NCBI GenBank assembly: GCA_965285935.1
Contig: OZ260665.1
Location: forward strand, 28,148,001-28,212,000
Reading direction: 5' to 3'
Length of the DNA: 64,000 nt
Source: Ophelia neglecta
Lineage: Eukaryota
The notes under the pieces are model-generated. The model was not told where the DNA came from. It ran no database searches and worked only from the letters and a program-made list of their open reading frames with translations. The translations under genes and the position numbers were made by a program. This document shows, in pieces, positions 1 through 12,848 of this stretch. Positions within the stretch are counted from its first letter, which is position 1. Every line of letters begins with the position of its first letter.

Positions 1-491
1 AATTAGCCAGTAAAGGGCCAAAAGCATTGACAGCATGGCTGTGGTTAGGTCTTTGTACAATACCCTCATTTCTAACCATGTGAGTTACATGTCCAAACTT
101 TCAAAATAAACCTATTAGCATGTTTTTTGATGGAGCGTGAGCTCATTTTACAATGATACAAGTAAGTAACCTACACAAGCCTCCGGGGCATCTAAGTGGG
201 GAGCTGTACCCCTACCTGTCTGGTAAATATCCATAAGCTTGTCACTTAACTTTCCCATGTGAAAGCTGCTAGCCGTACTCCTTAGCAGGGCTATACACAG
301 AGTTTCCATTCTTCTCTTTATGTCGCTCTTTGAACTTCATAGATGGTAGCTGGAAGTTACAAACTAAAACCATCAAAGGACAAGGAACAGCATGTCATAA
401 CTATATGCACTTTTATGTCTATAAAATTTTACACAATTGTGTCTGATATTTATCCCGAGTTAACACAAGTGTGTAGAGTGCATGTTTTAGT

Positions 492-2311
492 GGGTTTGAT
501 GCTATCTGTCTATGTTGACAGGTTTATTAGCTAGATATACTATCAGCTTTGTCCATTTGTCTCTCCATCTCTCACATATATCAATATGCATTCCTACCAC
601 AAACCCCCTTTATATACATTTCATATTTTAAGTTATTTGGAGGGCCTGATGTTATTGTGACAAGTGGACTTTGCCCTAATCATCAGAAAAGTGGCCATTT
701 CAACCATAATAACTGATCTCCAATAACAAAGACAACATTTTTTCCCAGAATATGTTTCAAACAGGAAAAGTTAGTTCTTGGAAATGGGCCTTATATCTCA
801 CATTGAAAGTTTGGAGGTCAGCACTACTGTACATGGGATTACTTGGTTAACTTTCATATGGTTAAAGTCTGTGCAGGAAAAGCTTGCAATTTGTGGCAGT
901 ACAAAAATCCACACATTCCCTTTTCATGAACATTTTCTGCTGTATGGTAATAATGCTGATTATGGTAATTACAATTTATTAGTTTTGTATAAGTATGATG
1001 TACCAGCATGTACTTTCATTTTGCTCTTAATGTGTTGATACCCTTCTAAGAACCTATTCTATTAACATTTTATTGAAAGTTTCACTCTCCCTTAACCTCT
1101 CCAAATAATTGCTACCATTGTGGGGGTCTTGAGGTGCAAAACTAACTGCATGTGATAATGGGTTATATGGTAGAGGTAAGACAAGTGATAATCTGTCATG
1201 CTGCATACCCCATATCAAGCCCAGATCAAGCCACACATCCAAGATCAAGCCCACATCAAGCCACATACCTCAGATCAAGCCCACATACCTCAGATCAAGG
1301 CCAGTTCAAGCCACATACCCCAGATTAAGGCCAGTTCAAGCCACATACCCCAGATTAAGGCCAGTTCAAGCCACATACCCCAGATCAAGGCCAGTTCAAG
1401 CCACATACCCCAGATCAAGGCCAGTTCAAGCCACATACCCCAGATCAAGGCCAGTTCAAGCCACATACCCCAGATCAAGGCCAGTTCAAGCCACATACCC
1501 CACATTAAGGCCAGTTCAAGCCACATACCCCAGATTAAGGCCAGTTCAAGCCACATACCCCAGATTAAGGCCAGTTCAAGCCACATACCCCAGATCAAGG
1601 CCAGTTCAACCCACATACCCCAGATCAAGGCCAGTTCAAGCCACATACCCCAGATCAAGGCCAGTTCAAGCCACATACCCCAGATCAAGGCCAGTTCAAG
1701 CCAAATACCCCAGATCAAGGCCAGTTCAAGCCACATACCCTACATCAAGCCACATACCCCACATCAAGCCCACATCAAGCCACATACCCCACATCAAGCC
1801 ACATACCCCACATCAAGCCACATACCCCTGATCAAGGCCAGTTCAAGCCACATACCCTAGATCAAGCCACATACCTCAGATCAAGCCCAAGTCAAGCCAC
1901 ATACCCTAGATCAACGACTTAATACTACAACATGTAAGACCTTTCTGCCAAGAAAATCCTTGCATGAAACACCTACTAGATGCCATTGTTTGTCACTACC
2001 TTGATCACTGGATTTACCCCCCCCCCCCCACCTCAGCCTCCCACACCAAACTATTAAAATCAGGGATATGGGTTGGGATCCATCTCAGAGAGCATAGATC
2101 TGCCAAACTGGCTGCATTTTAGTGACAGTTTAGCCTACCAGAACTATTTTTCACAAGGATTACATACCATATAAATTGGGTCCAGACCTGGCCCTATGGG
2201 CTATCAGCCTTAGAAACTAATAAGGGACTGGTGGACTGAGTCTATTCAAAAATTGGGCCAGTATTCCTTATATTTTCACTTTATTCGTGCAGGACATAGG
2301 CCCTTAGTGGA
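492..2311. repeat. Copy 1 of a 1,820-bp direct tandem duplication
   Basis: Sequence from 492 (gggtttgatgctatctgtc) recurs at 2312 with a constant 1,820 offset; ORF pairs 778/2598, 1054/2874 and 1198/3018 are duplicated. Confidence 0.97.
1204..1913. repeat. 30-bp minisatellite (cagatcaaggccagttcaagccacataccc), about 15 core units with shorter degenerate flanking units
   Basis: 30-bp periodicity visible at 1291-1740. Confidence 0.97.
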
Positions 2312-4131
2312 GGGTTTGATGCTATCTGTCTATGTTGACAGGTTTATTAGCTAGATATACTATCAGCTTTGTCCATTTGTCTCTCCATCTCTCACATATA
2401 TCAATATGCATTCCTACCACAAACCCCCTTTATATACATTTCATATTTTAAGTTATTTGGAGGGCCTGATGTTATTGTGACAAGTGGACTTTGCCCTAAT
2501 CATCAGAAAAGTGGCCATTTCAACCATAATAACTGATCTCCAATAACAATGACAACATTTTTTCCCAGAATATGTTTCAAACAGGAAAAGTTAGTTCTTG
2601 GAAATGGGCCTTATATCTCACATTGAAAGTTTGGAGGTCAGCACTACTGTACATGGGATTACTTGGTTAACTTTCATATGGTTAAAGTCTGTGCAGGAAA
2701 AGCTTGCAATTTGTGGCAGTACAAAAATCCACACATTCCCTTTTCATGAACATTTTCTGCTGTATGGTAATAATGCTGATTATGGTAATTACAATTTATT
2801 AGTTTTGTATAAGTATGATGTACCAGCATGTACTTTCATTTTGCTCTTAATGTGTTGATACCCTTCTAAGAACCTATTCTATTAACATTTTATTGAAAGT
2901 TTCACTCTCCCTTAACCTCTCCAAATAATTGCTACCATTGTGGGGGTCTTGAGGTGCAAAACTAACTGCATGTGATAATGGGTTATATGGTAGAGGTAAG
3001 ACAAGTGATAATCTGTCATGCTGCATACCCCATATCAAGCCCAGATCAAGCCACACATCCAAGATCAACCCCACATCAAGCCACATACCTCAGATCAAGC
3101 CCACATACCTCAGATCAAGGCCAGTTCAAGCCACATACCCCAGATTAAGGCCAGTTCAAGCCACATACCCCAGATTAAGGCCAGTTCAAGCCACATACCC
3201 CAGATCAAGGCCAGTTCAAGCCACATACCCCAGATCAAGGCCAGTTCAAGCCACATACCCCAGATCAAGGCCAGTTCAACCCACATACCCCAGATCAAGG
3301 CCAGTTCAAGCCACATACCCCAGATTAAGGCCAGTTCAAGCCACATACCCCAGATTAAGGCCAGTTCAAGTCACATACCCCAGATTAAGGCCAGTTCAAG
3401 CCACATACCCCAGATCAAGGCCAGTTCAACCCACATACCCCAGATCAAGGCCAGTTCAAGCCACATACCCCAGATCAAGGCCAGTTCAAGCCACATACCC
3501 CAGATCAAGGCCAGTTCAAGCCAAATACCCCAGATCAAGGCCAGTTCAAGCCACATACCCTACATCAAGCCACATACCCCACATCAAGCCCACATCAAGC
3601 CACATACCCCACATCAAGCCACATACCCCACATCAAGCCACATACCCCTGATCAAGGCCAGTTCAAGCCACATACCCTAGATCAAGCCACATACCTCAGA
3701 TCAAGCCCAAGTCAAGCCACATACCCTAGATCAACGACTTAATACTACAACATGTAAGACCTTTCTGCCAAGAAAATCCTTGCATGAAACACCTACTAGA
3801 TGCCATTGTTTGTCACTACCTTGATCACTGGATTTACCCCCCCCCCCCCACCTCAGCCTCCCACACCAAACTATTAAAATCAGGGATATGGGTTGGGATC
3901 CATCTCAGAGAGCATAGATCTGCCAAACTGGCTGCATTTTAGTGACAGTTTAGCCTACCAGAACTATTTTTCACAAGGATTACATACCATATAAATTGGG
4001 TCCAGACCTGGCACTATGGGCTATCAGCCTTAGAAACTAATGTGGGACTGGTGGACTGAGTCTATTAAAAAATTGGGCCAGTCTACCTTATATTTTCACT
4101 TTATTCTTGCAGGACATAGGCCCTTAGTGGA
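2312..4131. repeat. Copy 2 of the 1,820-bp tandem duplication
   Basis: Near-identical to 492-2311; identity ends at cccttagtggag (about 4131). Confidence 0.97.
3024..3733. repeat. Duplicate copy of the 30-bp minisatellite
   Basis: Same array inside duplication copy 2, with the same unit number. Confidence 0.97.
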
Positions 4132-4989
4132 GTGTTCGAGTTTCATTGGGGAGGCCGTGTACTCCACTAATCCTGCTACTTATACTACTTATATTGCTAT
4201 TAAACGCTCATAAGCATCCGACATTTCTCCCCACTTTTGATTAAATATATTTAATTTCATATTAAGTTCTGCTCCAAGCTGGGTAGAGCTTTACAAGTGT
4301 CCTTATTACATTCTTATCAGTTAAGATGTGGTAGAACGTACTTAGGCCTGTCAAGAAGAACAGATGGTGTTTGAAAGGTAAATCAACTGTTGTTACTCAC
4401 TCCTAACTAACAGATTGCCTTGGCTCAAAACACAGTTTTTTCCTTGCTTGGGTCTGTAATCTGGTAATAGAAGGCAGCAGAGTACAAATCAGCTGACACA
4501 AGACAGGAGGTTTTGTTATGGTAAGACCTGCTATACGAAACAATGTACATTGTGCGTTGGTGGTTTATTCCGGTGTCTAACTCCAGGGTGGTTTAGACTG
4601 TTTAATCTCTGTGTTGTATACTGTTATAACCTGACAGCTCAGCTAACTAATGGCCAATACAGTGTGTTGAATCAGATTATCTACGAAAAACAGGCTGTGT
4701 TGTAACCTGACTGGTGGCAGAGCCACTACAAGTCCCTCTGGGAATGACGCTGCCATGCCTGGCGCTTAGCTCTGCCGGGTCTATACACTTGATAGGCCTG
4801 CTAATCTAGGAATAATAAATCCCAAAGTTTGAAATAAGGATAGGACTAGAGGCTGTGATCATATGAGGAAGCCCTTATCTGAAAGCTGGCCAAAATGTTT
4901 GTTGCAAACTTCTTCTGGTATGGAACCAGGTGGAAATCTATTGTAAAATTAGGCATCCTTGCCAGATATTTTGTGCTAGAATGTTGTGA

Positions 4990-5464
4990 CTCCAATGTTC
5001 TGATGTCTTCATGTTAACCCATATCTCTCCAATGTTCTGATGTCCTCAGTGCCCATGTTAACCCATAACTCTCCAATATTCTGATGTCCTCAGTGCCCAT
5101 GTTAACCCATAACTCTCCAATATTCTGATGTCCTCAGTGCCTGTGTTAACCCATAACTCTCCAATATTCTGATGTCCTCAGTGCCCATGTTAACCCATAT
5201 CTCTCCAATGTTCTGATGTCCTCAGTGCCCATGTTAACCCATATCTCTCCAATGTTCTGATGTCCTCAGTGCCCATGTTAACCCATATCTCTCCAATGTT
5301 CTGATGTCCTCAGTGCCCATGTTAACCCATATCTCTCCAATATTATGATGTCCTCAGTGCCCATGTTAACCCATATCTCTCCAATATTCTGATGTCCTCA
5401 GTGCCCATGTTAACCCATATCTCTCCTATATTATGATGTCCTCAGTGCCCATGTATTAACCCAC
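4990..5464. repeat. 44-bp minisatellite (tgtcctcagtgcccatgttaacccatatctctccaatrttctga), about 10 copies
   Basis: Direct 44-bp periodicity. Confidence 0.96.
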
Positions 5465-5790
5465 CTCCCCAAAGCCCCCTCCCCCCCCCCCCCCCCACAT
5501 GACCATGGAGTAACCCACCTCCTCTCCCTCCCGCATGCCCAAGGAGCAGCCCTCCCACTCAGACGTGTCTTTAAAATAAACCTCCCCTCCCACATGTCCA
5601 TGATGTAGCTCTGCCCCCCTGCAACATGTTTATTGACCACCCACGCCCCCACCCCACCCATGTCTATTAAGTAGCTCCCCCCCCACACACACACACACAC
5701 ACACACATTCACCCTCCCACCTCGGTTCTGTCCTTTATGTGGTCCCTTCCCTGGACCCCCCCCCCCCCCCCCGGCAGTCCCCTGGGTACT
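5465..5790. repeat. C-rich low-complexity segment with poly-C tracts and a (CA)n microsatellite at about 5683-5707
   Basis: Poly-C runs at about 5481-5496 and 5756-5772; (CA)n run. Confidence 0.85.
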
Positions 5791-8577
5791 CTAGACTTAC
5801 ACAGAGTTAAATGAAGCCTGTCTGTTGTAAGACTGTGTGTTTTGCCCATCAAGGTACCTTTCCCAGGCCTGTGATAGCTTATTATTTCTATCCTGAATAA
5901 GCCTGCTGCTCCCCTGCATTTGGTCACACCTTAGGTCTTCTCATTTGTCCTGCTCCTTGAAGGCCAACCCTTGGGTCTCTTTAAGCAAATTGGCAGGGCT
6001 TGTAGTACAATTTCATGTTACCTCATTGTATATCCTGCCCTGTGGTCTCCTGCCAGGGTAGGGGTAGGTGTCAGTGACTGTCTGGTGGTAACCCTGCTGC
6101 AAGTCTGCAGTACCCAGGACACCCCTGTGGTTCTAGTCCTTTGTCTTCCTCTATCCAGCCCTGGTGTATGTCGCCAGGAAAAGATATAAACCTGGCCTCC
6201 AAAAACTTGCTCTCTGGAGAGTTAAACAGGATGTCATTGTTCTATGCCAGGCCCGAGTTGGATGTGCTGGCTAACCATCACAGACAGCCCAACAAACAAT
6301 TAGAAATGGCTGGTGTAATGTGCTACGACAGGCCAGGCATAGCGTTAATGTACCCTTAATTGAAGTTGTCAAAACAATACTTGTAATTTGCATTGGAAAC
6401 CTTCATCTATGGTTCCTGATAGGACAAGATGGTAACTTCAAAGTAAAGGTGTGGTGGCCAACGGGGAGTGAATTATATCACATGTCACTTGCCATTAGCT
6501 CCACTACCTACTGCTCTAACCAGATGTGGAAGTGGAGGATTACCACATGATAAACTCTCCTTTTCTGCCCGCTGCCCCAATGGAAGTAATCCTTTAATTT
6601 TCTCTCACTCTGTACTGGTAAAGTGGCTTTTGGAAGGGAAGCTTGATACCATTAATGCCTCAATGCATTCTGTCAAATTCAATTTGCATTAGAATCATTC
6701 TGCAGGAGAAAAGGTTGTGTTTTCCACTAATTGCATGCCTTAATTAGTTAATCCCATAATCATTCAATTACAGTAGCTCTTTGCTGTGTTGTTGAGGAGG
6801 ATTTACTTTGTGAGTAATTAATTCCTTTTTGATTTATTATAGAACTTAAATATGGCTACTCAGTTTCAAAGTTTTTTTTTAACTAATCACAACAAGTATG
6901 GCCCTGTGAGATTGTTTTGGCCATTAATCAGTGACTAGCTTCTTTGAAAAGTAATTCAAGGCAATTATTGTTAGAGTGTTTGTTGAGAAAAGTGAGGATC
7001 AAGTTGGCCAAGAAGTATGAATGGAATTTTTCAAATTTATTGGTAGTTAGGAATTGAAATAGAATTACTTGTTGACAGTGTGGGGAGTAGACATCTCCAT
7101 TGCATGGCGAGGAACTGAAATGGGCAGACGACAGATAAACACATTTTACTGACACATGCTGCAGGGAGATAAATGCCACACTAGGAGTGTGTTGTGAAAT
7201 ACAGACACCTTGTGTTAAAGATCTGAGAAATTCCACTGCATCCTTAATGGTAAACAACTGTGGTTTCTATGACAACTAGACCTCTGTTGTCCTACAGCTT
7301 GTCATTGCTGGGTTGTGGAGATGGGTTTCTGCAGTGGTGGCCATTTCTCTTCATTCTGGGCCTGGGTGTGTGGCAGCATGTCATAACCACTGATGGCTTG
7401 TTGTTATTTATATATGGCAAGTGTTTGGGAAGCCAGTAGAGATAGGCGGGTGTTGTAGAGGCTGTAACGGCCTGTCTGGAATGAAGATTGACTTGTTTTC
7501 ACCTCCCTGTGGCCCGGAGTTAATTATCAGACAGAGTTGAGCCTGTCAGTCCCTGAGCTGTGTATAGACCTGCTGCCAATCAGGGCTATCTCGTACAGTA
7601 TGCTACTCAGATACGTTAACCACCCCTCCTCATCACCTTACCCCATCAACTTGATGGAGTTTGTACCACTCTGAACAGGCACTACAAGTTACTTACTGCT
7701 AAGGACTTCTCTCTATTTATTGCTTTGTTCTTTATAATTTCACACAGTATGAAAATACAGTGCAAACAAATTGAAAAATGTGCCTTTTTGTCTCTGCTTA
7801 AAAAACTGAACAAAAACGCAAATGAAAGTTTCTAAATGCCAAAGACTGTCATTTGTTATGAAACCTGAAACCTGACAGTGGGATTTATAAATGTGGTTGT
7901 TTTCAATCTCAAATTGTCAGAGACTTGACAGATCATTTATTGCCTATTGTGCTTTGGTTCACAGTCACAACCATTCATCATAATATCTGAAACATATTGT
8001 TTAGTTGAATAAAAAGGAAAAAGTGAAGTCATTAAACTGTTATTGTGTTTTGTAACAATATACCCTTTTAATTAGTAAACAGTACAGACAGACAATAGTG
8101 TAGTGGTGTTAAGAAATATGGACCACTCCTGGTGTAGGGGTGTTTAGAAATATGGGTCCGGCCAAGTGTGGGGGTGTCTAGGAATATGGGCCTGGCCCAG
8201 AGTGGGGGGGGGGGGGGGGGGAGTTAGGAGTATGGGCCTTGCCCTGTTTAGTGGTGTTTAGAAATGTGTGCCCGTCTCTGTTGATAATTAGTGGTTTATG
8301 TCTTGTACTAGGGGTTTTCCTGTTTGCCTTTTCTAGTGCTTTTTTCTCAGTGTCTTGTTTTCTAGTTACTCTCTGTCTACTTTCCAAGTGCCAATTTTAT
8401 TTCCCTTATGTAGTGATTCCTCCTTTTTACCTGTTCCATGTCTCTTTTTCACAGTATTGTTTTCTAGTGGCTCGCCCTTTTTGGCCAGTGCTCACCATTT
8501 CACTTTCCCCTGGTCTGACCACTTGGATGTATTTCGTCAAGGTCTTCTTCTCCTGTGTCTTCTTCTCCTGTGTCTAG

Positions 8578-8660
8578 TTCTCCTGTGTACTCTTTCCCAA
8601 GGTCTTGTTCTCCTGTGTACTCTTTCCCAAGGTCTTGTTCTCCTGTGTACTCTTTCCCAG
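8578..8660. repeat. 30-bp repeat (tcctgtgtactctttcccaaggtcttgttc), about 3 copies, related to the adjacent 15-mer array
   Basis: Units start at 8581, 8611 and 8641. Confidence 0.9.
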
Positions 8661-8799
8661 GGTATTTGTTGTCCTGTGTCTTCTTTCCATGTGTCTTTCT
8701 ACTGTTTTGTTTCTGGTTTTCCAGTGTCTTATTTTCACAAGTATTGTTTCCTGTGTCTTGTTTATGTTTTCAGGTGTCTTGTTTTGTGGTGTTTTATGT

Positions 8800-11316
8800 T
8801 TTCCAGTGTCTTCCAGTGTCATGTTTTCCAGTGTCTTGTCATCCAGTGTCTTGTCATCCAGTGTTTTGTCATCCAGTGTCTTATCATCCAGTGTCTTGTC
8901 ATCCAGTGTTTTGTCATCCACTGGCATGTTTTCCAGTGTCTTGTCATCCAGTGTCTTGTCATCAAGTGTCTTGTCATCCAGTGTCTTGTCATCCAGTGTC
9001 TTGTCATCCAGTGTCTTGTCATCCAGTGTTTTGTCATCCAGTGTCTTATCATCCAGTGTCTTGTCATCCAGTGTTTTGTCATCCACTGGCATGTTTTCCA
9101 GTGTCTTGTCATCCAGTGTCTTGTCATCAAGTGTCTTGTCATCCAGTGTCTTGTCATCCAGTGTCTTGTCATCCAGTGTCTTGTCATCCAGTGTCTTGGC
9201 ATCCAGTGTCTTGTTACCCAGTGTCATGTTTTCCAGTGTCTTGGCATCCAGCATCTTGTCATCCAGTGTCTTGTCATCCAGTGTCTTGTCACCCAGCGTC
9301 TTGTCATCCAGTGTCTTGTCATCCAGTGTCTTGTCATCCAGTGTCTTGTCATCCAGTGTCTTGTCATCCAGTGTCTTGTCATCCAGTGTCTTGTCATCCA
9401 GTGTCTTGTCATCCAGTGTCTTGTCATCCAGTGTCTTGTCATCCAGTGTCTTGTCATCCAGTGTCTTGTCACCCAGCGTCTTGTCATCCAGTGTCTTGTC
9501 ATCCAGTGTCTTGTCATCCAGTGTCTTGTCATCCAGTGTCTTGTCATCCAGTGTCTTGTCATCCAGTGTCTTGTCATCCAGTGTCTTGTCATCCAGTGTC
9601 TTGTCATCCAGTGTCTTGTCATCCAGTGTCTTGTCACCCAGCGTCTTGTCACCCAGCGTCTTGTCATCCAGTGTCTTGTCATCCAGTGTCTTGTCATCCA
9701 GTGTCTTGTCATCCAGTGTCTTGTCATCCAGTGTCTTGTCATCCAGTGTCTTGTCATCCAGTGTCTTGTCATCCAGTGTCTTGTCATCCAGTGTCTTGTC
9801 ATCCAGTGTCTTGTCATCCAGTGTCTTGTCATCCAGTGTCTTGTCATCCAGTGTCTTGTCATCCAGTGTCTTGTCATCCAGTGTCTTGTCATCCAGTGTC
9901 TTGTCATCCAGTGTCTTGTCATCCAGTGTCTTGTCACCCAGCGTCTTGTCATCCAGTGTCTTGTCATCCAGTGTCTTGTCATCCAGTGTCTTGTCATCCA
10001 GTGTCTTGTCATCCAGTGTCTTGTCATCCAGTGTCTTGTCATCCAGTGTCTTGTCATCCAGTGTCTTGTCATCCAGTGTCTTGTCATCCAGTGTCTTGTC
10101 ATCCAGTGTCTTGTCACCCAGCGTCTTGTCATCCAGTGTCTTGTCATCCAGTGTCTTGTCATCCAGTGTCTTGTCATCCAGTGTCTTGTCATCCAGTGTC
10201 TTGTCATCCAGTGTCTTGTCATCCAGTGTCTTGTCATCCAGTGTCTTGTCATCCAGTGTCATGTTTTCCAGTGTCTTGTCATCCAGTGTCTTGTCATCCA
10301 GTGTCTTGTCATCCAGTGTCTTGTCATCCAGTGTCTTGTCACCCAGTGTCTTGTCATCCAGTGTCTTGTCATCCAGTGTCTTGTCATCCAGTGTCTTGTC
10401 GTCTTGTCATCCAGTGTCTTGTCATCCAGTGTCTTGTCATCCAGTGTCTTGTCACCCAGTGTCTTGTCATCCAGTGTCATGTTTTCCAGTGTCTTGTCAT
10501 CCAGTGTCTTGTCATCCAGTGTCTTGTCATCCAGTGTCTTGTCATCCAGTGTCTTGTCACCCAGTGTCTTGTCATCCAGTGTCTTGTCATCCAGTGTCTT
10601 GTCACCCAGCGTCTTGTCATCCAGTGTCTTGTCATCCAGTGTCTTGTCATCCAGTGTCTTGTCATCCAGTGTCTTGTCATCCAGTGTCTTGTCATCCAGT
10701 GTCTTGTCATCCAGTGTCTTGTCATCCAGTGTCTTGTCACCCAGCGTCTTGTCATCCAGTGTCATGTTTTCCAGTGTCTTGTCATCCAGTGTCTTGTCAT
10801 CCAGTGTCTTGTCATCCAGTGTCTTGTCATCCAGTGTCTTGTCACCCAGCGTCTTGTCATCCAGTGTCTTGTCATCCAGTGTCTTGTCATCCAGTGTCTT
10901 GTCATCCAGTGTCTTGTCACCCAGCGTCTTGTCATCCAGTGTCATGTTTTCCAGTGTCTTGTCATCCAGTGTCTTGTCATCCAGTGTCTTGTCATCCAGT
11001 GTCTTGTCATCCAGTGTCTTGTCATCCAGTGTCTTGTCACCCAGTGTCTTGTCATCCAGTGTCTTGTCATCCAGTGTCTTGTCATCCAGTGTCTTGTCAT
11101 CCAGTGTCTTGTCACCCAGCGTCTTGTCATCCAGTGTCATGTTTTCCAGTGTCTTGTCATCCACTGGCATGTTTTCCAGTGTCTTGTCATCCAGTGTCTT
11201 GTCATCCAGTGTCTTGTCATCCAGTGTCTTGTCATCCAGTGTCTTGTCATCCAGTGTCTTGTCATCCAGTGTCTTGTCATCCAGTGTCTTGTCATCCAGT
11301 GTCTTGTCATCCAGTG
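8800..11316. repeat. 15-bp minisatellite (cttgtcatccagtgt), about 165-170 copies
   Basis: Highly homogeneous 15-bp periodicity; variant units (acccagc, atgtttt, ccactggc); 7-nt register shift at 10400/10401. Confidence 0.99.
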
Positions 11317-12097
11317 AATTGTTTTCCAGAGTCTTGTTTCCCTGTGTTATTATTCCCAGTGACTTCTTTCTAGCCTGTCTGTCTAGCCTGTCTGAATAGC
11401 CTAAGTTAAGTGATGGATGTCTCCCTGCCTAACTCCTGTCCGTGTTCCAGTGGATGTGTGTGTATCCCACCGCTGGTCTATGTCCGCTCCTGTCCATCCC
11501 GCCACTGACTCTGTCCAGCCAGCAATCTGTGGTTGTCTCCTTCGATCCAGCCACCAGACTCAGCCACTGAGCTGGTGGTGATTGATGTATGCCTGCCACA
11601 CTCCAGACAGACAGAGATGCACTCCTGTTTATTTGGCGCTCAGAGCGTAGCAGGGTCAGCCCGTCACCTCGGAAAAGTGAGAAGTTTAACAGGGCTGTCG
11701 GATTTCTTGTCAGAGTACCTCCATCATTTGTGACATTGTGCTTAGTAGAAATATTCCCATCACCTCTGACTGGGCCTCTCACTCCACTCTTATGGATGTC
11801 ATCATAATCAGCTTGAGAGATTTAATGGTTAGACTATCACCATCATAAACAAACAGTCAACACTGATCTGCAGTGGGTGGGCACAGTGCCAGCTCTACCT
11901 ACCTCTCCTTATAGTGTTCTCCCTTATTAATGAGCATGTACATGTGAATTTCAAATCAGTGGATTCTGCATCTGTAATTGTTTGTGGAATCTCAAACACC
12001 AGATTCTGTAAACGTCACTATGTAGTACCACTTCCAATCCAACCAGAAACACCCAAAGCTTCACCCATATAATTACTATGTGTTTAATGTCTAATTG

Positions 12098-12352
12098 CAG
12101 GCAGTATGGGTGTCCTCCCCGTCTCCCTTCCACTGGCTAATACAACACCCAAGTGTCCCTGCCTACAGGCAGTATGGGTGTCCTCCCCCTCTCCCCTCCA
12201 CTGGCTAATACAAGGCACCGGTGTCCCTGCCTACAGGCAGTATGGGTGTCCTCCCCCTCTCCCCTCCCCTGGCTAATACAAGACACCAGTGTCTCTGTCT
12301 ACAGGCAGTATGGGTGTCCTCTCCCTCTTTCCTCCACTGGCCAATAATACAA
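12098..12352. repeat. 68-bp minisatellite (aggcagtatgggtgtcctccc...), about 3.7 copies
   Basis: aggcagtatggg at 12099, 12167, 12235 and 12303 (68-bp spacing). Confidence 0.95.
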
Positions 12353-12511
12353 GCCATCAGTGCTGTCCCTTTGTACCTAACAAATACTCCAATTTGGCTT
12401 GATTTGTATGAACAAGGCCTATAACTTTGACTTAATATCCCAGCCCCCAACCCAATCAACAGTATTGTCTGTGTGGGGCTGTTCCTGTAGGCTCAGCAAT
12501 AAAAACAGAAC

Positions 12512-12848
12512 CACACCCCACTACACACACACCCCACCACACCCCTCACCACACCACACCCCACACCCCTACCACACCCCCACTACACCCCCACACCCTC
12601 ACCACACCCCTACCACACCCCCGCCATGCCCCAAACCCTCACCACACCCCCACCACAAGCCCCACCACATCCCTCACCACACCACACCCCACACCCCTAC
12701 CACTCCCCCACCACGCCCCAAACCCTCACCACATCCCCACCATGCCCCACACCCTCACCATCCCCGGACCACACCCCTACCACACCCCAACATCCCACCA
12801 CCACACCCCTACCACACCCCCACCACACCCCACACCCCCACCACACCC
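12512..12848. repeat. C/A-rich low-complexity repeat (ccacaccc-like)
   Basis: Degenerate ccacacccc/ctaccacacc units. Confidence 0.9.

Noticed and set aside
1198-3680. 220-aa QIKASSSHIP ORFs
   Set aside because: Entirely a 30-bp minisatellite, also open on the reverse strand, with no non-repeat domain.
8355-11399. 1014-, 920- and 922-aa plus-strand ORFs (CLVIQ / SCHPV / SSSVL repeats)
   Set aside because: All three plus frames are open only because the 15-mer lacks stops; the peptide changes register at 10400.
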